A stretch of 64,000 nt of DNA from Deltaproteobacteria bacterium (GCA_032128115.1 JAQBHB010000040.1:130140-194139), one strand, 5' to 3'; shown: positions 19,758 to 28,897, counted from the stretch's first letter. Numbers and translations are program-made. Notes: generated by a model from the letters alone, not told the origin.

Positions 19758-20316
19758 ATGCGCGCGATGCTGCTCGAGGCGGCCGGCGGGATCCTGCACG
19801 AGCGGGACCTCCCGGAGCCTGCGCCCGGACCGGGGCAGCTGTTGGTTCGGGTCCAGACGTGTGGGGTGTGTCGCAGCGATCTTCACGTGATGGACGGCGA
19901 CCTGTCGGATCCGAAGCTGCCGCTCGGGACGCGAGAATCTCTGCGATCAGGCGCTCTACACCGGGTATCAGATCGATGGGGGCTTCGCCGAGGCCTGCAC
20001 CGCAGACGCGCGCTTCTGCTTTCCGATCCCCGACGGCTACGACGACCTGCAGGCGGCGCCACTCCTGTGCGCCGGGCTGATCGGATTTCGTGCGCTTCGC
20101 ATGGCCGGGGACGCGCGGCCACCGGTGGAGCTGGACGCCGCCATCGTGTTCGCTCCGGTGGGCGACCTGGTTCCCGTGGCCCTCCGCGCCGTGGCCAAGG
20201 CGGGCGTGGTGGTGTGCGCGGGCGTCTATCCCCAGGCGGACACGAACCCCGCCCTGGACGATCTCCGCCACGGCCGCTTGCGCGGAGCCGCGGTGATCCG
20301 CGTCGGACCCTGCTGA
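19758..20316 (+). pseudogene. Zinc-dependent alcohol dehydrogenase remnant with three internal deletions
   Basis: CGVCRSDLH...PKLPL, frameshift, then GRENLC...APLLCAGLIG...DAAIVFAPVG...LRHGRLRGAAV. The GHE/structural-Zn segment, the Rossmann GxG segment and a C-terminal segment are absent. Confidence 0.85.
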
Positions 20317-20483
20317 CAAGATCTCCGCTCCTGCGCGCCCGATCGGCCCCAGTTGCCTGGGGGCTGCCGATGGCCGGATCCCACCCCACGAAAAATTGCG
20401 CAACCCGATCTCCCCTGCCGTGTTCGATTCCGTGAGCGGCAGGGGCCGCACCAAGTCACGAATCGGGAGACGGGAGAGAGACA

Positions 20484-20801
20484 ATGAAGAAGATCGGATT
20501 TTTCGCGGTTGGGTTCGCGCTGGCCTTTGCCAGCGTGGGGACGGCTTTGGCGAACGTGGAAGAGCGCTTGGACGCCAAGGGCGATCGCATCGAGCAGCAC
20601 CTGGACGTGAAGGGCGACCGCATCGATGCCCGGCTGGACCGCAAGGCCGCACGTGCCGAGGAAGCCGGGCGCGACAAGCTGGCCGCGCGCCTGGACGCCA
20701 AGGGCGATCGAATCGACAACCGGCTCGACCGCAAGGGCAACCGGATCGACAACAAGCTCGACCGACGCGGCCGCCGCATCTCGAAGCGCCGGGGCGATTG
20801 A
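20484..20801 (+). CDS. Small secreted protein with 11-residue LDxKGDRID repeats
   Basis: Signal peptide ending ALA; about six charged repeats; GGAG RBS. Confidence 0.8.
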   Translation: MKKIGFFAVGFALAFASVGTALANVEERLDAKGDRIEQHLDVKGDRIDARLDRKAARAEEAGRDKLAARLDAKGDRIDNRLDRKGNRIDNKLDRRGRRISKRRGD

Positions 20802-20993
20802 CCCGCGCGAAGTCGAAATCGGAAGACCGGAGCAAGGCCCGAGGCGGCGACCGTCCCACGCGGACGGGCGCCGTTCTCGTTTCGAGGGGGGTGATTCCGG
20901 ATCGATTGGCGCGGGCGGGGGGCTTCGCGTCACACTGCATGCTCGCCGGGGAGGCACTCGCAGGCGTAAAGCGCAACGGCCGGGGGGGGGCGA

Positions 20994-22469
20994 GTGGGGA
21001 CCCACATCGACCGGGATCACTTCGCCGATGCCGACCATGCGCGCTTCGCCGAGCGACTGGAGAAGGGGCTGGTGGCGTTGCGCGAGCTGCTGGAACGGCC
21101 CGGCTTCGGCGGGGGCCCGCCCACGATCGGGGCCGAGCTCGAGCTGTCGCTCGTGGATGGGTGTGGGCGCCCGCTGCCCCTCAACGACCGGGTCCTGGCC
21201 GAGACGGCCGACCCGCGCATGACCTTCGAACTCGACCGCTTCAATCTCGAGTGCAACCTGCGTCACGGCCCGCTCGCGGGTCGCCCGTTCGCCGCCCTGC
21301 GAACAGAGTTTGAGAGCGCCCTGTCGGAGGTCAGGCGCGCGGCGGGCTGCCACGGTGGGCGTGTGGCGCTGGTGGGCATCCTGCCCACGCTGCGTCGCCG
21401 CGACATCCAGGCGTCGGCCATGACGGATGTGCCGCGTTACCGGGCGCTCGCAGCCGCATTGCAGCGCCAGCGCCGCGAGCCCTTCCACGTGCGCATCGAT
21501 GGCGAGGATCCCCTGGAGATCTCCTGCGACGACGTAACCTTCGAGGGCGCCAATACCTCCCTGCAGGTGCATCTTCGCGTCGATCCCAGCGCGTTCGCTC
21601 GCACCTACAACGCGGTGCAGATGATCACGGCGCCCCTGGTGGCCGCCTCTGCCAACTCGCCCACCTTCCTGGGCCATCGCCTCTGGCACGAGACGCGCGT
21701 GGCACTGTTCAAGCAATCGGTGGACAGTCGTCGCGCCGAGGGTCGCGTGTCGCGGGTCTCGTTCGGCACGGGTTGGGTGCGCGAGGGCGCCTTCGAGATC
21801 TTCCGGGAGAACGCGAAACTCCACGAGCCGCTGCTCCCGGTGATTGGCGACGAGGATTCTCTCGCGTGTGTGCGGGCCGGGGGGGTGCCGGCCCTTCACG
21901 AGGTTCGCCTGCACCAGGGCACGGTCTGGGACTGGAACCGGGTCATCTACGATCCCGCCGACGGCGGACACCTGCGTATCGAGGTGCGGGCCCTGCCGTC
22001 GGGGCCGGGCCCGCTGGACATGCTGGCGAACATCGCGTTCCTGGTGGGGGCGAGCCGGGCCCTGGCCGACGACGGCGGGGTGTGGACGCAGGCCTTCCCG
22101 TTCGAGGTGGCCCACGACAACTTCTACCGCAGCGCGCAGTTCGGTCTGGACGCGACCCTGCACTGGCCGTGCGAGCCCGGTGGGCCTTGCTCGCCGGTGC
22201 GGGCGGGCGACCTGTTGCTGGATCTGTTGCCCCGAGCGCGCCAGGGGCTGGCGCGCGCCGGCATCGAGCCGGAGGACAGCGACCCGCTGCTCAGCCTTCT
22301 CGAAGCGCGGGTGCGCAAGGGGCGCACCGGCTCGGTCTGGCAGCGCCTGGTGCTCGACGCACTGGAGCCCAAGTGCGGGCGCGACGAAGCCCTCACCCGG
22401 ATGCTCGAGCGCTATCTGGACTGCAGCGAGTCGGGCGAGCCCGTTCATCGCTGGCCGGAGGGCACCTGA
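20994..22469 (+). CDS. Glutamate--cysteine ligase family 2 (GCS2) protein
   Basis: IGAELEL, ELDRFNLE, SLQVHL, ANSPTFLG, LHQGTVW.WNR, LRIEVRALPSGP, TGSVWQ. Confidence 0.85.
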   Translation: MGTHIDRDHFADADHARFAERLEKGLVALRELLERPGFGGGPPTIGAELELSLVDGCGRPLPLNDRVLAETADPRMTFELDRFNLECNLRHGPLAGRPFAALRTEFESALSEVRRAAGCHGGRVALVGILPTLRRRDIQASAMTDVPRYRALAAALQRQRREPFHVRIDGEDPLEISCDDVTFEGANTSLQVHLRVDPSAFARTYNAVQMITAPLVAASANSPTFLGHRLWHETRVALFKQSVDSRRAEGRVSRVSFGTGWVREGAFEIFRENAKLHEPLLPVIGDEDSLACVRAGGVPALHEVRLHQGTVWDWNRVIYDPADGGHLRIEVRALPSGPGPLDMLANIAFLVGASRALADDGGVWTQAFPFEVAHDNFYRSAQFGLDATLHWPCEPGGPCSPVRAGDLLLDLLPRARQGLARAGIEPEDSDPLLSLLEARVRKGRTGSVWQRLVLDALEPKCGRDEALTRMLERYLDCSESGEPVHRWPEGT

Positions 22470-23512
22470 TGGAAGGCGGGGAGATCCCCCTGCTCGATGC
22501 GCCGCGGCCCGAGCGGGTTCCGACCGCGGTGGAAGACTTCCTGCGATTGCTCGGGCGGCCCACGGTGATCCACGTTCCCGGCCGCGATCGCACGCGCTGT
22601 CGCGTCGTGGCCACGCTGCTCCATGGCAACGAGCCCTCTGGCATCCGCGCCGTGCACGCCTGGCTTCGCAGCGGCAGCGAGCCCGCTGTGGACGTGCGGG
22701 TGTTCGTCGCGGCGATCGATGCGGCGTTGGCGCCACCGGGCTTTGCCCACCGGGCGCTTCCCGGACATCGCGACTTGAATCGCTGCTTCTTTCCGCCCTA
22801 CGAGGGGCGCGAGGGCCGCATCGCCGCAGGCGCCCTGGCCCGGGTCCGCGAGGTCCGGCCCGAGGCGCTCATCGACCTCCACAACACCACCGGCCACAGC
22901 CCCGCCTACGGGGTCGCGTCCCGGGTGGGTGCGCCGGAGCGCGCCCTCGCGGCGCTGTTCGCCGACCGCCTGGTCCACAATTCGCTGCGCCTGTGTGCCC
23001 TGGTGGAGGCCACGTGCCTGGAGTTTCCGAGCGTCACCATCGAGTGCGGGCGCGCGGGTGACGCGGACGCCGACGCCGCGGCGAGGGAAGGGCTCGAGCG
23101 CTTCCTACAGGCCGACCGCGTGGGCGTCGGGGACGAAACATCGCTTCAGATCCTGGTGGATCCGGTGCGCGTGGCCGTACGTGCCGGCGCAACCCTGGTC
23201 TTCGGCGACAACCCGGATCCGTCGGTCGATCTCACGGTGGCGCGCGACCCCGATCGCCACAACTTCGAGAGCCTGCCGCCAGGGACGCCCATCGGTTGGA
23301 CCGGGGGGTCGGACGGGGGCTGGCCGCTCGAGGCCCACGGGGCCGACGGAGAGGAGGTCTCGAGGCGGCTCTTCTCGGTCGGGGACGGGGTGATCCGGAC
23401 GCGGCGCGACCTGATTCCGATCATGATGACCGTCGACCCGGCCATCGCCTGCAGCGACTGCCTCTTCTACGCCGTGCGACGTCCGGAGCGGGGCACGAAG
23501 GCCCAGCGATGA
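22469..23512 (+). CDS. Succinylglutamate desuccinylase/aspartoacylase (M14-like) protein
   Basis: LLHGNEPSG, DLNRCF, IDLHN, TIECG; ATG overlaps the upstream TGA. Confidence 0.85.
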   Translation: MEGGEIPLLDAPRPERVPTAVEDFLRLLGRPTVIHVPGRDRTRCRVVATLLHGNEPSGIRAVHAWLRSGSEPAVDVRVFVAAIDAALAPPGFAHRALPGHRDLNRCFFPPYEGREGRIAAGALARVREVRPEALIDLHNTTGHSPAYGVASRVGAPERALAALFADRLVHNSLRLCALVEATCLEFPSVTIECGRAGDADADAAAREGLERFLQADRVGVGDETSLQILVDPVRVAVRAGATLVFGDNPDPSVDLTVARDPDRHNFESLPPGTPIGWTGGSDGGWPLEAHGADGEEVSRRLFSVGDGVIRTRRDLIPIMMTVDPAIACSDCLFYAVRRPERGTKAQR

Positions 23513-23521
23513 TGTGAAACC

Positions 23522-23536
23522 GGGGCAATTCGCCCC
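23522..23536. promoter_or_regulatory. Candidate enhancer box GGGGC-N5-GCCCC
   Basis: GGGGCaattcGCCCC, 39 nt upstream of the sigma54 site. Confidence 0.6.
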
Positions 23537-23575
23537 GGCTGGCCGGCCAGCCAACGGTCGTGCTTCCGCTTTCAA

Positions 23576-23591
23576 TGGCACGCGAATTGCG
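23576..23591 (+). promoter_or_regulatory. sigma54 promoter of the diiron operon
   Basis: TGGCACGCGAATTGCG, a near-perfect TGGCAC-N5-TTGC consensus. Confidence 0.85.
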
Positions 23592-23637
23592 TTCGTTGCG
23601 TCACACGCCGCCTTTGCAGCGTATCGAGGGGACCACC

Positions 23638-24513
23638 GTGGCCGACTTCCTCAAGGGCTTCTCCGTTCAACAGTGGCTCGAATCCGCGCCCCAGGGCTAC
23701 CTGATGGGTACCGAGTACGGGCACGAGCACGAGGATGCCGAGCCCGAATTCCTCTTCACGGATCCGCTGCTTCACGAGCAGGCCATCCGCACCATGGTGC
23801 AGCTGGTCGTGGGGGAGCGCTGCGCCCTGGCGGCGTCGTCCGGGCTGATCAACTCGGCTCCGGACGAGGCCAGCAAACGCTTCCTGGCCACCCAGACGCT
23901 TGACGAAGCCCGGCACGTGGAGGTCTTCACGCGCCGGCTCCTGGACCTGGGCGTGAAGCAACGCGAGCTGGAAGACACCATCGACAGTCTCGCCAATCCG
24001 AATCTGGTGCGATTCGCCGAAGTCCTGCTGGAGAAGGTCTGGAATCGGGATTTCGTGGCGGGTGTGGTGGGCCAGAACATCGTGCTGGAGGGCATGGCCT
24101 TCAACGTGTTCGAGATGCTCAAGGCGAGCAACGACAACCTGAATCCCAAGTTCGCCCACACCCTGGCGGGAACCATCGCCGACGAACGTCGCCACGTGGG
24201 CTTCGGCGAGAATCGGATCGGCTCGCTGATCCGCGAGCATCCGGAGCGACTCCCGGACATCGAGCGCATGCAGAAAGAGATGTCGTACTACATGCTGGCG
24301 ACGTTTGCCGATTCGTTTCGCGATGCACCGGCCCAGGAGGAGATGAATCGCCTTCGGGGCGCCGGAGGCGCGCCGGCCCGCTGGCAGGGGGTGGCCCTCG
24401 ATGCGTTGGAGCCTGCGCAGATGGAGGATCTCCTCAGCGACACGGTGCTCCGGGAGTTCAAGATCCGTCTGGGACGCATCGGGATCCAGTACCAGACGCC
24501 GGTGCGCCCATGA
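23638..24513 (+). CDS. Ferritin-like diiron-carboxylate protein A
   Basis: VGE..AL, DEARH, VLEG, DERRH; GTG 23638 follows the GAGGGG RBS, downstream of the sigma54 site. Confidence 0.85.
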   Translation: MADFLKGFSVQQWLESAPQGYLMGTEYGHEHEDAEPEFLFTDPLLHEQAIRTMVQLVVGERCALAASSGLINSAPDEASKRFLATQTLDEARHVEVFTRRLLDLGVKQRELEDTIDSLANPNLVRFAEVLLEKVWNRDFVAGVVGQNIVLEGMAFNVFEMLKASNDNLNPKFAHTLAGTIADERRHVGFGENRIGSLIREHPERLPDIERMQKEMSYYMLATFADSFRDAPAQEEMNRLRGAGGAPARWQGVALDALEPAQMEDLLSDTVLREFKIRLGRIGIQYQTPVRP

Positions 24514-25319
24514 CGTGTCGGCCCGCCCATGACGTGTCGGCCATGACGGAGCCCGCGCGGGAATTGCACGACCTGGATCCTTCCGAGTTCAGGGACCAGG
24601 TGGGGACGTTCGAATTCTGGTTCGAGTCGATCCGGGGCTATCTCGACGGTCTCCAGTTCGGCCGCCGCCCCGAGACTCCCGAGGTCGAGTCCAGCGACGA
24701 CGAGCGCGAGCATCTGATCACGGTTCTCTGCAACTACTGCGTAGGGGAGACCACGGCCCTGGAGGGCGCGGGCGGGTTGATCCAGATCGCTCCCAACCAT
24801 GCGACCAAGGTATTCCTGGCGACCCAGGTGGCGGACGAAGGCCGTCACCTGGAGGTCTTGATCCACCGCCTTCGGGAGCTGGGCGTGGCCGAGCCGGAGA
24901 CCGAGATCGCCTGCCGAGCAAGCCGCAGCCTGATGAATTTTCGGAGCCGGGTGCTCGACTTCGTGCGCAGCGGAGACTGGCCGGCGGCCGTGTTCGCCCA
25001 GAATGTGATTCTCGAGTCGATGGAGTTCTCGGTGTTCCAGATGCACGCACGTCGCGCCGACCCACGCACGCGGGAGCTGCTGCAGGGCATCGTGAAGGAC
25101 GAGCGGCGCCACATCGGATTCGGAGAGAACGAACTGGGCGCGCGCATTCGCGAGAACCCCCGTCTCCGCACACGGCTCGTGGAAGTGCGCGAAGAGCTCG
25201 ACAGCCTGGTGCTGGAGACGTTCCAGGAGTCCATGAACCAGATCCACTCCGACCGGGACGATCGGATCGAGCTGGGCCGTGATTACCTCTCCACCGTCGA
25301 GAGGCTGGGGTTCGCGTGA
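24510..25319 (+). CDS. Ferritin-like diiron-carboxylate protein B (paralogue of A)
   Basis: VGETTAL, DEGRH, ILES, DERRH; start is 24510 or 24543. Confidence 0.85.
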   Translation: MTCRPAHDVSAMTEPARELHDLDPSEFRDQVGTFEFWFESIRGYLDGLQFGRRPETPEVESSDDEREHLITVLCNYCVGETTALEGAGGLIQIAPNHATKVFLATQVADEGRHLEVLIHRLRELGVAEPETEIACRASRSLMNFRSRVLDFVRSGDWPAAVFAQNVILESMEFSVFQMHARRADPRTRELLQGIVKDERRHIGFGENELGARIRENPRLRTRLVEVREELDSLVLETFQESMNQIHSDRDDRIELGRDYLSTVERLGFA

Positions 25320-25624
25320 CGGCGGGTGACCCGGTTCGCGAGCTCGCCGGGACCTCCGGGGCGGCGGCACCGCGGCGTCGCTTCGAGCTGGACGACCGCG
25401 GCTTCAACGAGGTGCCTCTCCGGTATCGTCGCTTCTATCGCCGCTGGGAAGGTCCGAACGACGTCCTGGCGCCCAACGAGGCGCTGTGTCCGGTCTGCAA
25501 GATCGTGATCCGCTCGTCGCGGGAGCTTCGGCCCGGCGATCGCGTCTATTGCATGGCCTGCATGACCCGTCTTACCGTGGTGGAGACCGATGCCGGAACT
25601 CTCGAAGCACGCGTCGTATACTGA
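25316..25624 (+). CDS. Small CxxC...CxxC (zinc-ribbon/rubredoxin-like) protein
   Basis: CPVC...CMAC; GTGA overlap with the upstream gene. Confidence 0.75.
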   Translation: MTAGDPVRELAGTSGAAAPRRRFELDDRGFNEVPLRYRRFYRRWEGPNDVLAPNEALCPVCKIVIRSSRELRPGDRVYCMACMTRLTVVETDAGTLEARVVY

Positions 25625-25664
25625 GTCGTGTACTGAGGCAGGCGCGCTCGTTCAAGGTCGCCCC

Positions 25665-26090
25665 ATGGATCCGACGGAAACCGGACTTCGCTACCGCGTC
25701 AGGCGTGCCGTCCGTCAGATCGGCGAGCAACACCTGCACCTGCGGCCGATTTTGGCGGAGATCCGCGCTGCGATCGGGCAGACCGACCCGCAGCGGGCGC
25801 GAGACGCGTTGGGCCGACTGCAGGTGGCCCTCGATGCGCACTTCCGACTCGAAGACCTGGTATTCTTTCCCGCGCTGAATGGGCTGCGCCCTGGCTACTC
25901 GGAGGGGCTGGAGATGTTGAGCCGGGAGCACGTGGGCTTTGCCGACGCGCTTCGCCACCTGAACAAGCATCTGGAGCGCTCGGACCTCCCGGGCTTCGGC
26001 CGCGCCTTCGACGCGTTCGCGGGCTCTCTCGCGGAGCACGAACAACACGAGGAGCGCCTGGTCGCCGATGTGGTAGGGGAGCCGGCATGA
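25665..26090 (+). CDS. Hemerythrin/HHE cation-binding domain protein
   Basis: QH...HFRLEDLVFFP...EH...HEQHEE ligand pattern. Confidence 0.8.
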   Translation: MDPTETGLRYRVRRAVRQIGEQHLHLRPILAEIRAAIGQTDPQRARDALGRLQVALDAHFRLEDLVFFPALNGLRPGYSEGLEMLSREHVGFADALRHLNKHLERSDLPGFGRAFDAFAGSLAEHEQHEERLVADVVGEPA

Positions 26091-26536
26091 ACGGCTTTCG
26101 CACGATCCTGGTGCCCGTGGATTTTTCGGCCCACTCCGGGCGTGCGTTGGAACTGGCCATGGAGATGGCGAAGGCCTTCGACGGCCAGATCCACCTGCTT
26201 CACTGCTACCAGATCAACATGGGGGGCATCTCTCCCTATGGCCTGGCCCTCCCAGAGAGTTTCGACCGGGAGGTGCGCGCCGCGGCCGAGGCGAAGCTCG
26301 GTCAGTGGGCCGAGAGGGTGAAGGCAGCGGGCATCCCGGTGCACGGGCACGTTTCGCCCATGTTTCCCGGCAGCGTGCTGTCGGCGACGGCCCGGGAGAT
26401 TTCCGCGGATCTGATCGTGATGGGGACGCGAGGCCTCACGGGACTCAAGCATCTGCTGCTGGGAAGCGTGGCCGAGCGCACCCTGCACACGGCCCCGTGC
26501 CCGGTTCTCATGGTGAAGGCGTCCGAAGCCGGTTGA
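26087..26536 (+). CDS. Universal stress protein
   Basis: [32 protein letters not shown]. Confidence 0.93.
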   Translation: MNGFRTILVPVDFSAHSGRALELAMEMAKAFDGQIHLLHCYQINMGGISPYGLALPESFDREVRAAAEAKLGQWAERVKAAGIPVHGHVSPMFPGSVLSATAREISADLIVMGTRGLTGLKHLLLGSVAERTLHTAPCPVLMVKASEAG

Positions 26537-26818
26537 GACCGGATCGAAGCGGTTTGCTTTCCGTCAGGCGTCAGGAATTCGACCACCGCGGGCCTTTCGA
26601 TCGCATTCGCGATGCGTTGGCCGCCCAGTGGGTGCGGTGAGATCACCTTGGGTGCGGTGAGATCACCTGGCTGGCGCCCGCAAGGCGCAATCCGCGGATG
26701 CCCGCGGCCGTCTCGGCGCGGGCATGGGTCCCGGTCCTGCTCGATCGCGGCGTCGATTGCGACATGCAGCCTCGTCACAGCCACCGCGCTGTGAGCAACC
26801 GACCCGGATTCTGCTGGT

Positions 26819-27292
26819 TCAGTCGTCGTTCTCTAGCAGTCCCACCAGATCGAAGGTCGAGATGATGCCGCGCAGGTGCCCGTCTTCGACCACCAGGACC
26901 CGGTGGATCCCATGGCTCCGGATCGTGCGCGCGACCTTCGCCACGGAATCGTCGGGATCCACGCAGGCCACGTTCTCGGTCATGCACTCCGACACGACCC
27001 GCTCCCGCAGGCGGTCGATGAACCCATCCGGTGCATTCGCCCAATCGGGCCCGGAGAACTCCAGGAGATCGGCGAAGTATGCCGAATCCCCCCGCGCGTT
27101 CTCGTGTTCATCGGATGCGGCGCGGAGCAGATCCATGCTGGTGACGATCCCGAGCACGCGTCCGGCCTCGTCAAGCACGGGCGCCCCGTGGATCTCCTCC
27201 TCGAAGAACAATCGGTGCACGTTGGAGAGGGGGTCGTTGGGCGCCAGGGTGATCACCTGAGACTGCATGATGTCTCGCGCGGTCGTGGCCAT
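26819..27292 (-). CDS. Stand-alone CBS-pair protein
   Basis: ARDIMQSQVITL, GAPVLD...GIVTSMDL, RVLVVE...GIISTFDL; GGAGG RBS. Confidence 0.9.
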   Translation of the reverse strand: MATTARDIMQSQVITLAPNDPLSNVHRLFFEEEIHGAPVLDEAGRVLGIVTSMDLLRAASDEHENARGDSAYFADLLEFSGPDWANAPDGFIDRLRERVVSECMTENVACVDPDDSVAKVARTIRSHGIHRVLVVEDGHLRGIISTFDLVGLLENDD

Positions 27293-27318
27293 GTTGCCCT
27301 CCTTTCGAGGGCCGGTAG

Positions 27319-27334
27319 TGCACGGGCTGTGCCA
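27319..27334 (-). promoter_or_regulatory. sigma54 promoter
   Basis: TGGCACAGCCCGTGCA. Confidence 0.75.
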
Positions 27335-27372
27335 TCTCGCCGGGCCCGTGGGAGCTGTGTGTCTTGTGCGCT

Positions 27373-27408
27373 GGGGCCGAATTCCCCGGTTGCGGGGCGG
27401 GCTGCCCC
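27373..27408. promoter_or_regulatory. Tandem candidate enhancer boxes
   Basis: GGGGCcgaatTCCCC (27373-27387) and GGGGCgggctGCCCC (27394-27408) between divergent sigma54 promoters. Confidence 0.6.
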
Positions 27409-27458
27409 GATACCGGGAGTTTTCGCGTCTGGGGGCGCTCCGGGCGCACCGGGGCTCC

Positions 27459-27474
27459 TGGCACCGAACCTGCA
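27459..27474 (+). promoter_or_regulatory. sigma54 promoter
   Basis: TGGCACCGAACCTGCA. Confidence 0.75.
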
Positions 27475-27498
27475 AGTCCGGGTGAGGAGGAGATTTCC

Positions 27499-28248
27499 AT
27501 GGACGCCCACTCGCGCCGGGTTTCGGAAATCATGCAGACCGACGTGGTGACCTTGACGCCCGACGAAAGCCTCGATCTGGCCCAGGACGTGATGCACCTG
27601 GGGCTCTTGAGGCACATGCCGGTGCTGGAGGGGACACGATTGGTGGGGCTGGTTTCGAGCCGCGACCTGCTTTCGGCGTCGCTCACACGCTGTCTGGAGT
27701 TCGACAAGTCGTCCCGACGCGCGTTCATCCGCTCGATCCTGGTGAAGGAAGTGATGACGTGCGACGTCGTGACCGTGTCCCCGGACACCTCGCTTGGAGA
27801 GGCTGCCCGGCGCATCCTGCACGACAAGATCGGCTGCCTGCCGGTGGTTGGGAGTGATGGCACGCTGATCGGGCTCGTCACCGAGAGCGACCTCCTGCGG
27901 GCGGCGTTGATCGAAGCCCCCCGTGCACTCGACGCAACCTGTGAGATCCCTGTGGGTGAAGGTGAACACCAGGAGGAAAGGCTGATGACGGACCTGGGAG
28001 ACAAGATCAACGAAGAGGTCGAATCGCTCAAGCGCACGCGCGACGAACTCCGGGTGCAGATGCACCTGGCCAAGGCCGAGGTCGTGGATCTCTGGGCCCG
28101 CACGGAGGAGAAGTTCCAGGACGTGGAGTCACGCGTGAAGCTCACCACCCGCGAAGCCAAGGCTCCGGCGCGAGAGGCGAAGAAGGCGATCCGCTCGCTG
28201 CTCCACGAGATCGGCGAAGGCTATCGGCGCATTCGCGAGGTTCTCTAG
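27499..28248 (+). CDS. CBS-pair protein with a C-terminal coiled-coil module (possible internal start at 27985)
   Basis: AcuB-like CBS pair, then RDELRVQMHLAKAE...W helix; AGGAGG precedes the in-frame ATG at 27985. Confidence 0.85.
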   Translation: MDAHSRRVSEIMQTDVVTLTPDESLDLAQDVMHLGLLRHMPVLEGTRLVGLVSSRDLLSASLTRCLEFDKSSRRAFIRSILVKEVMTCDVVTVSPDTSLGEAARRILHDKIGCLPVVGSDGTLIGLVTESDLLRAALIEAPRALDATCEIPVGEGEHQEERLMTDLGDKINEEVESLKRTRDELRVQMHLAKAEVVDLWARTEEKFQDVESRVKLTTREAKAPAREAKKAIRSLLHEIGEGYRRIREVL

Positions 28249-28275
28249 CTGCTCTAGCTGCTCTAGCTGCCGGGT

Positions 28276-28737
28276 TCAGCGGGTCTCGTAGGCGAACCGG
28301 ATCAGATCCGCTTCCGTCAGCAGGCCCACCAGGTGCGCGCCGTCGACACTCGACTCGACCACCGGCAGACACCCAAGGCGCAGCCGAGAAAGGCGCATCG
28401 CCGCCTCGGCGACCGACGCGTCCGGGCTCACGACTTCCGGCAGGTCCACCATGGCGTCACGGACCGCGAGGGCCCGCAGGCTCGCGTCGCGATCGCCTCC
28501 GCCGTGGCGCTCCAGGTACAGCGTCATCAGCTCCTGCAGGTCGCGGTATGAGACGACGCCCACGAGAACGTCTCCGCTCGCCACCAGCACGTGCCGGAGC
28601 CGGGCCAGGCGCATGGTGCGATGCGCGCCCAGAAGGCTCTCGTCGGGAGCCACCGTGATGAACGCCGAGCGCATGAGGTCTCGAACGACTCCGGACGGAG
28701 GCCGGGAGCGTCCGAGAGCGGCGGCGGAGCGGGGCAT
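28276..28737 (-). CDS. Stand-alone CBS-pair protein
   Basis: VRDLM...ITVAPDESL, GVVSYRDL, GCLPVV...GLLTEADL. Confidence 0.88.
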   Translation of the reverse strand: MPRSAAALGRSRPPSGVVRDLMRSAFITVAPDESLLGAHRTMRLARLRHVLVASGDVLVGVVSYRDLQELMTLYLERHGGGDRDASLRALAVRDAMVDLPEVVSPDASVAEAAMRLSRLRLGCLPVVESSVDGAHLVGLLTEADLIRFAYETR

Positions 28738-28750
28738 GGCGTCGGATCTC

Positions 28751-28766
28751 TGCACGCGGCGTGCCA
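28751..28766 (-). promoter_or_regulatory. sigma54 promoter
   Basis: TGGCACGCCGCGTGCA; box GGGGAattccGCCCC at 28806-28820, 39 nt upstream. Confidence 0.75.
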
Positions 28767-28897
28767 GCGCCGCCGGGGGCGACGAAGGCGTGGGAGGGCC
28801 GGAGCGGGGAATTCCGCCCCGCATGGGACCCGCACTGGGGCGGGCGGGCCTCCCGCAGCTTGACAGGCGCCTCCCACCGCCCAAGTCTTGTCGCCCC

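Noticed and set aside
20982..20990. Poly-G tract (also poly-C near 13722) as a phase-variation switch
   Set aside because: Both lie in RBS/spacer regions of a very GC-rich genome; no frameshift and no evidence of length variation.
23560..23637. Upstream starts (23560, 23575) for diiron protein A
   Set aside because: They overlap the sigma54 promoter; GTG 23638 has an RBS and lies downstream of the predicted TSS.
25637..25660. Extra sigma54 promoter before the hemerythrin gene
   Set aside because: GGCGCGCTCGTTCA lacks the conserved -12 GC; read-through from 23576 is the simpler explanation.
26540..26810. Possible gene remnant on the minus strand (HPLGGQRIANAI, resembling an SGNH C-terminus)
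   Set aside because: Too short and degenerate to support; only the 20-bp tandem duplication is certain.
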